Below, one piece after another: positions 32,205-42,903 of a stretch of DNA of 64,000 bases (its first letter is position 1; each line of letters starts with the position of its first letter). The DNA is from Raillietiella orientalis (taxonomy: Eukaryota). Under the pieces are notes generated by a model that was not told the origin of the DNA, did no database searches, and worked only from the letters and a program-made list of their open reading frames with translations. The stretch lies in contig JAYWIR010000075.1 of NCBI GenBank assembly GCA_036172245.1, positions 186,001-250,000 on the forward strand, in the 5' to 3' direction. Position numbers and translations under genes: made by a program.

Positions 32205-35200
32205 AACACCCAACATCCGGAAGCTGGCAGAATTCAAAGCGGGAGCCGAAAGGCAAGAGTGGCAATCCAGGTCGGCCAGCTTGCTGGACGACGAGGGCCG
32301 AAAGCACTAGGTTCCCGCTCACGTAAGAGGCATAGTCCGCAAGTTCTCCTCCCTGTACGCGTGATTACCTCCCGAGCGAGATTTCGCAAGATTCCTGCTT
32401 CCCGAAGGTGCTCTAGCGATCGGGGAGGAGCTCAGAAGTCTCGACAAGCCTTTCACAATGGGCGAAATAATCACCGCTGTCGGCAAGGTCAAGAGACGCG
32501 CAAGGCTTCAGACGAGGAAGGCCTGTCTGAGGAGTTTTTCCAGTGCTTCGCGGCAGAGCCGACTCCCCTGGTACAACCACTGGCCCTGCTGATACGCGAA
32601 ACAGGCGACGTTCCCGCATCGTTTCGCTCAGCAAGGGTACGGCTTCTTCCCAAAGGAGGAGACCTAAGGAGCATAAACAAATGGAAGCCGATTACCGTGG
32701 TAAACGCGGACGCCAAGTTGCTAGCGAAACTGTGGGCCGGGCGGCTATGGCGGGTGGCGGAAAGCTTCCTTAGCCCGGAGCAGTCGTATGCTGTTACCGG
32801 GCAAAGCATGAATGCCAACCTGCTCTGCAGGTTGCGCGAACCAGGTGCTCTGGGCTAGCACCTGGTTCGCGCTCCAACAGGGAAGGGAGATGATGGACAA
32901 CCAGGATTCCAGAGCGTCCGTCGGCCAGGGGCGGGAAGGTCAGGCGGGAGTGGGAGCCCTTGCAGTCGTAGTCGACCTGCGCAAGGTACCTTGCTCACGG
33001 GCAGTATCGCCGCCGCTGAACGAAAGGGAGGCGCGATTATTGCACAAGGTATTCGATTTTCACCCGGAATTCCCCGGGTCGTTTATTAAAAAAAATGAAC
33101 TTTATAGGAAAAATGTCAGTGGCTGCAGCAATGCTGCAGCCAAGCACGAAGAACCACGGAGCCTCCCGGGTCACCGGTTCGCAGACCGGTGCGGTCCACC
33201 ATGGCAGCAGGGGAAGGGGGAAAAGACAACTAAACAAACAGAAAAAAAGAGTGGGAGGGTACGGGAAGGGATCACTGTTGCTGCTGGGGCCGCATCATCC
33301 TTCTCAGGATGCCGGCAAGCTCTTGTTGCATTTCAGGATCCAGTTGGGACCATCGCGACGCCCTCCTCAGGAATTGGGAGGCGCACTGGATGGCCTCCTT
33401 ATCGCGTGGTCCTCCCGTAGCCGTGCTCCATGCAGCGACGATCCCGCGAAGGCAGCACAAGGCCGCTATCGAGGCCGCTGGCCGGAGGGCATTGGCAACG
33501 AAGAGGGCTTTTAAAGCATCCCTGGGGTTGCCGCAGGGGATTCCGATGGCCACGGCAAAGCGGAACCAAGGGGCCGAAGGGCAACACAATCCACAAGCAG
33601 GTGGGGGAGGGACTCCCGTTCCCCACACCTAACACAATTGGGATCCGCCGCTCCCCAGGTCCAATGATGTCAGCGGGCATTGCAGGGGAGTCCCCAATGC
33701 TGCAACAGTAGAGCCGACTCCTGCCATTTTAAGGGGAGGGTGGAAGTGTTCATGAGCACCGGGGGCCACTTCAGATGTTCAATCGGAACATCAAGCAGCG
33801 CTCCCCAGCGCAGAAGTCCATGGGGAGGCGTACTCGGGGTGGCAGCGTCTGTCAACTGGCCCGTCTTCCACTCTCCCTGCTTCTTCTCCTTCCCGGAGAT
33901 TTTTATGCTAACCTCCCACTTCGCCGCAACTTCGCTGTCCTGATGTTCCACTAGGGAGGCCAGCGCAGCAGCGAGGGGGGTTCTTCCTGACCACGCTCGC
34001 TTCTTCGGATCCTCCAGGATCTCTCGGAGCGTGCAACTTCTGTAGCACCCAAACAGGAACCTTCGTTCCTGTTGGGCGCGTTGCATGCCGCACTGTGCCC
34101 ACGTGCGAACGGTTTCCTGCATCCAGGCACTAGCGTTCGCGGGGCGACAGGTGATCCATCCACAAGGTATTCGACTGCGCCGACCAGGGGCTCCTTCTGG
34201 AACTGCTGGAACGCTTGGACTTCCAGGCCGCATTGTCGGCCTATCTGTGCTCCAGCTGGTGCCGCGCACTCATCAGTATCTCTTTAAGGGGTGCATGGAA
34301 TGCCGGTGCTACGCGGCATACGGCAGGGCAATAGCCTGAGTACCCTGTTCTTTAGCATCTATTTCGAATTGGTGCTGAGAGCATACAGGGAGACTCTGGC
34401 TCTCCACTCGAGCGTATGTCCAGGCACACCTGCCATCTCGGCATACGCGGACGATTTTCAGCTGTTGCTCTCCATCTCTACCCCGGCATGCGCACTCGAT
34501 GGTTTCTTCGAGCTGCTCGGTCATGGGACGGGACCGGTGGTGAACAAAGCGAAGTCGTCCTTTGTTCCCGTTGGTGCGTTGTGGGCAGGGCGGCCGGACT
34601 GGATCCGCCTGGGGATCCCCACAGGATGGTACTTAAAGTACCTGGACGTTCCGTTGGGGGACCTCTGCTCCTCAGAAGCTTGGTCCAGCCGTCTTCAGAA
34701 AGCACTGCAAGCGCTCGGCCCGTTCCAAAGAGGCAGGTTTTACCTGCGGAAACGGGCCGCTGTGTGGAACATGTTTGTGGCCCCTCTCCTCTGCCCCTTG
34801 CTTTTTTTTGCCACTGCCATGCAGCATTAGAAAACGGACAAAGAACCTCCTCCGGATCATCCTCTGGGACAAAAGGAGGCCCCGAGTCCACCTAAAGGAC
34901 TTGTGCGTTCCGCGTCTGGACGGCAGTCTCAGCCTCCTGACGCTGGAGCGCGTGGAAATACAGCTGCGGTGGCATACCCTAGCCATCGCGGCGAAGATGT
35001 GGAGCACCCCTTGGTGCGTTCCGGTCCGACTCCTCGCCAGACGTGTGTCCGGGACTGAAGGACTCGCGTCTTTTCTTCTGTGCCCCGGACGGAAAATAAG
35101 ATGTGGCCTTCTCCTGGGACGCATGGCCACCCTGGTAAAGGAGAACGGGTGGATGGCTTGCAGCCCCGCCAACTCCAGCGCATGGCTGGAAGAAACAATT

Positions 35201-36240
35201 GGCACGTGGGCGAAGTTAAACCAGCCTAGTGGAGAATCCTGGAACCGCCTGCGTTCCGGCATCTACACCCGCTGCATACTGCGGAATATGATCGAGTGTC
35301 CGTGGGCGGAGACGACCCCACTGACCACGGCGCTGCCCTTCCTGAGGAGGGCGCTCGGCAGCAGCCGAACGCCGAGGTTGCAAGTCTCCTGCCGGATAGC
35401 GTGCAGGAAGCAGATGATGAGGGGCTGGACCACGAGGAAACTGGCTGATGCCGCGACCCCAAGCGTTCTCCCGTGAGGAATCCAGAGATGGGGCGAGCTG
35501 CTGGGCATCCCGCTGGATGACCTAAAGTGGCCCCCGTTATTCAGAAACTCATCCACCCTCCCCCTCAAGTGGCAGGAAACGGCGCTGATGTTGTTGCACT
35601 GGGGTCTTCCCTGCAACGCACGCCGCCACCACTGGACGTTGGGGAACGTGGGACAGAACTGTGCAGTGTGCGGGGAGAAGGAATCCCTCCCCCACCTGTT
35701 AGGGGACTGCGCTGCCCTCCGGCCCTTGTGGGAACGTTTTGGTACGACCCTCCGTATGCTGGTCGGCAATACCCCCAGAGAATTTGTGAGACTCCTCTTC
35801 ATGCGAGACGCCCTGCCATCAGCCTCAACCCTGACAGCGCTCTGCTGCCTCCGAAGGATTGTGGCTGCGTGGAGCGCAGCCAACAGAGGAAGCAGCGATA
35901 GGGACGCCATCGTACATGCGGGTCGCTACCTGCGAATCGCGATCGGCTGGTCCCATCTGGTAGATATGACGAGGGACCTCGAGGGCATCCTGGAAAGGAT
36001 GGTCTCTTCCTCCAGCGGACTGTGATCCCTTCCCGGTCCCCCAAATAGTTTCTTTTTTTTTGGTTGTTTCATTTATTTTTCTTTCTGCTTTACCGCCTAT
36101 CCCCCTCCGCTGCCGAGGAGAGTCAAGCCGGTCTGCGAACCGGCTTCCTGGCAGGTCTCATGAACTGTTGGCCGTAGCGGGACCTAGTACCGCAGATGTA
36201 CAGTGTTTATTAACAAACGCCTTGGCGTGACCGGGTGAGA
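32205..36240 (+). mobile_element. 5'-truncated, degenerate L1/Tx1-like non-LTR retrotransposon (ORF2 RT plus C-terminal Cys/His region and 3' UTR), interrupted by a nested insertion
   Basis: Ordered RT motifs with frameshifts/stops: LLDDEG...KFSSLY, PFTMGEIITAV, GLSEEFF, LLPKGGDLRSINKWKPITVVNADAKLLAK..RL, SPEQ, VDL.KVFD (split at 32978/34161), RGIRQGNSLSTLFF, AYADD, VNKAKS, KYLDVPL, LCVPRLDGSL, CAVCGEKESLPHLLGDC; stop at 36025. Confidence 0.88.
33057..34160 (-). mobile_element. 1.1-kb 5'-truncated copy of a related L1/Tx1-like element, inserted antisense
   Basis: Translates to WITCRPANASAWMQETVRTWAQ...LPLKWQESALLLQHWGLPCNAR...ALCCLRGIVAAWS, homologous to about 35150-36025; AATAAA (33082-33087 on minus) and a short A tail; flanked by CACAAGGTATTCGA at 33043-33056 and 34161-34174. 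Confidence 0.9.
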
Positions 36241-36950
36241 ACATACCCATGTCCACAGATGCCGGCGAGCATTGCACGGGAGACCCCAGTGCAGCAGCAT
36301 CAATGCCGACTCCTGCCACTTTAAAGAGAGGGTACTGGTATTCATGAGCACCGGGGATCACTTTTAGGTCTTTCAGGTCCGACATGAGTATGTGTGAACC
36401 CAAACTGTGCAAGGTGAGAGAGCGGGAATCTTTCCTACATGTCCTGGTTGACTGTTACCTCCGGACCCTTTGGGGACGCTTTGCCAAGACCCTTGGGACT
36501 CCCCGCGGCAACGCCAGAGACGTTTGAAACGCCTCTTCCTGACTTTGCTACCCATGCGGCAGGATCGTGACTGCATGGAGTAACGCTAGAGGAGGCCTGA
36601 ACGACAAGGACGTCATTTATTTTGCTGTCCTCTTCATGAGGACAGCGTCAAGATGGCTCCATATGGGAGTCTTGACACAGGAACTTGCCAACATCCACAT
36701 AAGGGTGCAGAGGACACCTTCCAGCACACAGGGATCCCTTCCTGAACCACCCTATTTTTTGACTGCATTTTTTTAGTTTTATTTTTGTCTTTTTGCCTCC
36801 TTTTCCTATGCTGCCGAGGCGAACCCCGCTGGCCTACGTACTAGTTCCCGGCAGGTTCCTTCTCGTAGTTATAAGCAACGTGGCAGGATCAAACGTCCTG
36901 CCACAGACATGTATGTTAATTTTTATAAATAAAGACCCCGGAGTGACCTT
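36241..36950 (+). mobile_element. Third, short 3' fragment of the L1/Tx1-like family with an inverted 5' segment
   Basis: 36241-36380 is minus-oriented (LKWQESALMLLHWGLPCNARRHLW); from 36381 the element continues on plus (NPNCA..ERESFLHVL.DC..RRIVTAWS) through the 3' UTR and AATAAA at 36928. Confidence 0.82.
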
Positions 36951-36952
36951 GC

Positions 36953-37120
36953 GTCAACCAGTGCCAAACCCGCATAAACCAACCAGTGTCATCCTGCTAA
37001 AGAGACTCGTAAACCTACAACGGACCCATTTCTCGGGTGTCCGTCCTTCCCCGGATAGGATTCGAACCCACCATGCTCGGTGTCACGCGCGGATAACGCA
37101 GCCACATGGCCGCCAACGCT
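36953..37120 (-). mobile_element. Head segment of the tRNA-headed SINE-like repeat
   Basis: Minus strand reads GGCGGCCATGTGG...GGTTCGAATCC...GCAGGATGACACTGGTTGGT...GGCACTGGT, collinear with about 16450-16610. Confidence 0.6.
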
Positions 37121-38247
37121 CACTCTGGATTCAATTTCGGCATGCTCTTTCATTCAGGCTCTGATCAGACTTTGGAGACCGGGGCTGCAGAGTACCAGAA
37201 AATGAAAGGCGATCATATGGGAGAATAATATGGAGGTTTCAGAGTGCCTAAGAATTCAGGTACATGAGGATAAAAAATTTTCCACCAGCGCTGCGGCGCT
37301 GCTGGTTCCCGGAATGCTGCAGCTCAAGTTTTGAGGATGCTCTGCCTCGCCGAGCGACTGGAAGACACCGCAGAAAAGGCGTTCAGACTTTTGTTCCAAT
37401 GAATCGGAAGCAACAACAGGACCGGAAATCAGATTAGAGGAGGGCAACACTAGCACCGAGAAAAGAGGGCATTGGAAGCGGAGATGGGGTTCTGCAGATG
37501 GTCCGGATCGACCCACACCTGTCAGCCACGCGAAACGCCACCCATTCGGGGAACCTGTCTGCCGACGGGAGGCGCGCTCAGGGAAAAGGTGGGCGGAGTT
37601 GAGAGTGCGCCTCCAGCGCGAGGTACGCGAGCATCTGTCGAGAGCTGCAGAGACCGAGACCCTCGCCCGAATCCCTCGCAGAAGACCTTCAACCTGGGAA
37701 AAGAGGAACATGCAGAAGTTGGGACAATACAGGGTACTCGGAGGACACCCGCGGCGCTTCCTTCTTCCCCCGTCCGTGTTTCCGATTGGTTGTGGCTCTC
37801 GAAGGGCTCCAAGGAGACGCGATTCCACCAGGGTAGTGGCGATGCAGATGGGAGGTTCTCCAGATGTGGTCTCCACCTGCTGGCAACTCCTCCATCTGGG
37901 CGATATGCCCCTGAAGGACTAGCATCCTGCGGAGGTGCATCCGGATGCAGCCACCGCTTTCGGCACCTGGAAGAGTGTTGTACCTTCCATCTTGTATCCC
38001 GAAGGGTCTCTCCCATGGCAACCGTGTAGGTCGCACGTCTCCTATATGAAGAGGGACGACCACTTAACCCAGAGGAACCAAGAAAACCTCAGCGAACGGG
38101 GACGGGGAAGGAGAGATTCTAAGACCTTGGAGGAAGCTCTCCGCCGGAGGAACCAAGGACTCCGTAGGTTTTCGAGGAGTTTCCTCCTCTTTCGGGAACG
38201 GAGGAGGCCGCAGGCTCGTTCCGAGGAACCAAGGTCTTTGAGTTTTT

Positions 38248-38986
38248 TGTTTTCTGTCTTCGCTGCTTTCCTTTCTTCCAGCTTTTTTTTTGGTTCGCTC
38301 AGTACCTCAAGGACCGTCGCGCGCCTGGCGGCTCACGCAGCTCTTCAACGCTGTCCTCGTCACCCGAGAGTGCGGGTGCGGGTGACTCTTCAAGAAAGGG
38401 GGTAGCCCGGGAAGGGACCACTCCATGAATCCAGGAAGGACTCCGGAGGAAGGAGTCCGTTCTCTCCATGCCTGGGAGGGCACCCCGGAGGGGACCCTCC
38501 ACCCTCGTTGTCACCAAAGGGATCCCCGAAGGAATCCGCTTCCTTATTCTCTTCGGAGGGATCCCCCGCAAGGGAACCTCTCCTGGTTTCCTTCTCCTCT
38601 GAAGGGAACCCCGAAAGGACGCTTCCGAATTTTCTGTGAAGGACGCTCCCCGAAGGGAGCAGCCCGCTTATTGGAGCTCCATGGTACGAAATGGAAGAGG
38701 TCCTTCCTCAGAAGGGGACGACTCCATCTGCACCACTGAGGGGGGGGGGACCTCAAAAACAACGGGACTCCTTGATTCCTGGAAGGGCCACGGAAGATCA
38801 ACTTCCAATCCCAGCCACTCATCGGGGGCATCCGGTTTTTCAGCTTTCACCAGTGCCGCGCCCGAAGACAGACCAACCAGTGTTATCTTGCGGGAGGAAC
38901 TCGAACCCACGACACGCCCATTCTTCTGGCGCCTATGCTTCCCCGAGCGAGATTCGAACCCTTGACGCTCTGTACCGCGTGCGGAG
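38248..38986 (-). mobile_element. SINE-like repeat copy lacking the A-box end
   Basis: 38284-38986 is the reverse complement of 16469-17171 with only one substitution seen by eye (near 38941); the ORF track gives matching peptides for both loci. Confidence 0.8.
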
Positions 38987-41900
38987 ACCATAGGCGCACG
39001 GCTTCCAATGCAGTCAGCAGAAGCGGAGCACTTCGGAGGAAACCATCACCATCCTCGCCTCGAGCAGTAACTTTTTTCCGTTGGAGTCGACTCTCCTTCT
39101 CTCCTCCCGTACCCCTGCCCACCTCCAGCTTCTGACCACAGGAAGATAAGTCTCCCGTTTCCTTTGAGAAGACGACGCACTGAGCTCCCGCGTGATACGG
39201 ATGAGAGCCCGAGGGATGCTAAAAGCCGCTTCCCGTTGTTTGTTCCTTGCGAACTACGAAGTCTCGGGAGGGCGGGAGCATTCGTTTTTCTAAGGAGGTG
39301 GCAGCGACATCTGCGGCCCGTAGCGTCTTGTTGGATCTTCGCGCAGACTCCGATTCGAAGGGAGTCTGCCTAACGACCGCTTCTCCTGCTGCGGATCGGA
39401 TGCCGGCCTTGCGCGCGATTACTCGAAGCTCCAAGACTTCACCTCCACCAGCAGGAACGGCTGCAGGTTGCGTTTACGGGGTACCGAGCCCTCGCTCTCC
39501 CTCTCTCTCCCGCAGCATGGATCAAAGCCTTTCACGTGAGTGTGCACGGCTGCTCGCGTAGCTGGGGTTGGGAACCAGGGAAAGGGGAGAGGAGGGAGTG
39601 GGGGTTGTATTGCTCTGCAGGAAAGAACGGGGAGGGAGGACACCTTCGTTTCCAAGGCGACACGCACTCTCGGGCGAGTGGCTGGCAGCGCGCGTCCATG
39701 CGAGTCGAAGGGCGATCGCGCAGTGCGGCGGCACTCCCAAGGCGGGGGTAGGGGTGGAGTGGGGTGAGGGACGTGGCGTTCCCAGTTTGCTTCGGGATCG
39801 GCCAAGCAGATGGACCGCCGGTTCGCCCGTCTCCCCAGCCGAAAGGAGGGGAAGGCAAGCCCGAAAAAGGCGCCGTCCTACGACGAAGGTCAAGAAGAAC
39901 TCCCACACGGTGCACGCACTCACACTTACTAAGGCGGGACTGGAGGGTGTGGGAGGACAGTTCAGGGTCCCTGCCAGGCAGTGATGTGGGCGTCGTACTA
40001 CGTGCGAGCACCATCTCCCCCCTTCCGTTCCAGAGCACCAGTGCCCACCCTCCCACGTGGAAAACGCAGAGTGTCTCTGCCTTCCTTTTTCCTCCTTTTG
40101 CTCTCTCCTCTTCCCCTCTCCAGACGGTGGGAACGATGAATCCTCCCTCATGTTGCTGCCAGTGCCGTCTCCGCTGGAAACGAGCCACCTCGGAGAGAGC
40201 TGCTGCCTCCTCTCAGCAAGAGTATTTTTGGACCGAGGGCTGGCGAACTTCTCCGAGCTCTCCGCACAGCCCGCCGTCATCTCTGTGGGAGCTAGTGAGC
40301 TCTCCTCCCGTGCAGACAGCCCCCCGCCTCCCTCCATTCCTTACTGTTTCTTCGGGCCTTTGGGAGGGCCCGGGTTGTTCAGCAGAGGCATCTGCGAGCT
40401 CGGGAGAGCTTCCGGCCGTCCGCAGGCGCCGCCGTCACAGTCGAAGCCGCGTGGGCGGCCCTCCCGCGCGGTCACGTGGGGTCTCGGACCACTTCGCGTG
40501 CGCGAGCAGTCCGCTGGTGACGTCATTGCGGCGAGCCGTGATTCCCCGTCTGCAGAGCGCCCGCGCCATTCCGTGCGTGCATCGCTGGCGGGTCCGCCAG
40601 CGATTCCAGCTGCGCCCCTCTCCCCCTCAGCACATGCCCCTTCCTCGCCCTTCGAGTGGTATCCCTGGAGACGCATCCTCCGGCCCCACGAAGGAACGCT
40701 CCTGCTGGGACCAGGTACCGTTCGATCCTGCCTTGCTCTTTCTTCCTTCTCTCCTCCTCCTTCCCGTTCTTTCGAAGATTTGCCATTTTCTTTCCCGCGG
40801 TCTCTCTCTCCCCGGAGAGACAGCACCTTCCGTTTCCGAGGAAACCGCGGAACAAGTCTCACTTCCTCTCCTCCGTTGTCCTTTCGTTTCCCTTTTTTTT
40901 TTCCAGATCGATGGGCGCGGCAGTCGGATGCCGCTTCCTCGCGTTCCTGGAGGAACCCTCTCCTTCCAGGTGGTAGCGGCGAAGCGTGCGCCTCCCGCAG
41001 GGTGTTCCCCCCCCATCCCCGAGGAAGGCTTCTCCGGTCACGCGGAAGATTGGCTCAGAGGTCAGCCGGAGCCTCGGGGGAGGAAGGGAGGGAGGCTGAG
41101 GAGGAGGAGGAGGAGAGGGAGTGTCGCGGTTGCGCTCGGACGCGCGGGAATGCGGCGGCTTCATTGCCTCGGTTGAGGGCAGGAAAAAGACAGGGAGGAA
41201 AGAGAGGGAAGGAGTGCGTGGGGGTTGGGGGAGGAGAGCCCCTCCTCCACTCCAGGTAGCCGTGGACGCGTCACGCTGGCGGTTTCTCAGTGCGTCCTTC
41301 CGACGTGGAACCGCCACGGGCGAAGTGCTCGCAGCGCCTCCAGAATGATCCAGCCGGAGTCACCGTCCTTTGTTCTGGCCGAGGCTTTTCTCCCCCTCTT
41401 TCTCATGCAGGGCCTCTCCGTTCCCTTCCTCCTACACTTTTCCGTCCTGCCCTCTGCAAGCAGAGTCGCACCTCGTAGGAGCGGGAGGCAGTCGTCGGTG
41501 CGTGGTCCCTCTTGCGTGTGAGGGGAACGCGGTCGTAGAGCTCCCCAAGCGCTTCGTGGTGAGAGTGCAGCCTCCTCCCGCGAGTTCGCAGGAAAAGCGA
41601 GGAACGAGAGATGGCGTGAGCCGGGACAGCCCTCTCGGTTTCCGTGGGTCTCCGTCTCCCGAGAGAGTTTCCCTGCCCCGAAGAAGCGCCTGCGCTGCTA
41701 CCCGCAGGAGGCTGGAAGACGAGGGAAAGAGGCAGCATCCCGTCCCGGGAGAGCAGGACAAAAGGGTGGTGGTGGACCTGCACTCGGCGCAGCTCCCTCA
41801 GGGCGTTTCTGGGGATGCCGCTCTCAGTACCCGAAAGACGGGGGAGCTCGGTTCCCCCTCTCCTCCTCCTTCCCACCTGTCAGGGCGCCCGAAAGGGGGC

Positions 41901-42903
41901 GGGCTCTCCCGGGGATGAGACCAGAGATTCCTACAAGGCGCTCGTGGATCGTCTTTCGGGTGGCCGGCGCCACGCGGGCGGTCGAGTGGGTCGCCATGAC
42001 TGCCGCGGAGCGCGCGCGTGTTCTTTCCCCCACCGGCACCAGCGCTGGGTGGGCGAACAGCTGCCCTCATGCTGTCGTTCCTTGCGCATCCTTAGATTGC
42101 TGCATCCTCTGGGGGGTCTTTCCCGTAGGGGGTCAACATCACCCCACGGGATCGCGCGGTTACCCGGCCTCTCAGTCCTGCCCTATGCGCGTGCTGCCCT
42201 TGGCGGCTGCTCATCTTTCCTCTTTTCTTCGCCCTCATCTTTCTTGCCGAGGAGGGACACCGGCTGAACGTTTCCGGATTCCGGGTGAATGGGAACCGGT
42301 GGGCTGCGCGCTGTTGTCATGGAAACTGGAGCGCCGGAAGCCCGCTTTTCATCCGTCGGGAGGTGACTGACGGTCAGCTTGGATTCTGAAGCTCTGGAGG
42401 GAGATGCTGCCTTCCGAGGATGCATTCCGCCTTTCTGATTGACGAAGAGGTGCTACTGCACTGTTCCTCAGAACCCTCTTCAAGCTGGGAAGCTCTTTCG
42501 CAACCTAAGGTGCACGAGGGAGGGAGCACGCCGAACGCTTCCTGCTTCTGCCTCTTTCCTTCTTCTCCCTTGTCCTGTCTCGCTTGGGCGGCCACTCGCG
42601 CTCCTCCACATCGGTGAACCGCACCTTCTTTGCACTTCCACGTTTCGCACGTACCGGAACCCGTTCGATCGTATCGTTGTTCACCGTTCCTTCACCTGAA
42701 TGAGAGTCTCCCTTGGAAACCGTTGCCACGGACCTGTCTCCGGAAAAGAATAGAAATAAAATAAAACAAAAGAGTTCGAGAAAAGTGACGTTTTTGACCA
42801 CTTAGCTCATTTCTCCTTCGGATCAGTTTTCAGCGGCTGCAGTGTCTGCTGAGGTTTCCATCTCTCAGAGGGAAGAGATCGAACGCAAAGGGAAAGAAGA
42901 ACC

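Noticed and set aside
40581..40604. Perfect 11-bp inverted repeat ATCGCTGGCGG/CCGCCAGCGAT
   Set aside because: Isolated, too short for a pre-miRNA, and no supporting context.
39164..42400. Long overlapping ORFs of 200-470 aa on both strands
   Set aside because: GC-rich, low-complexity Ser/Pro/Arg translations open in several frames at once, with no recognisable domain or consistent splice structure.
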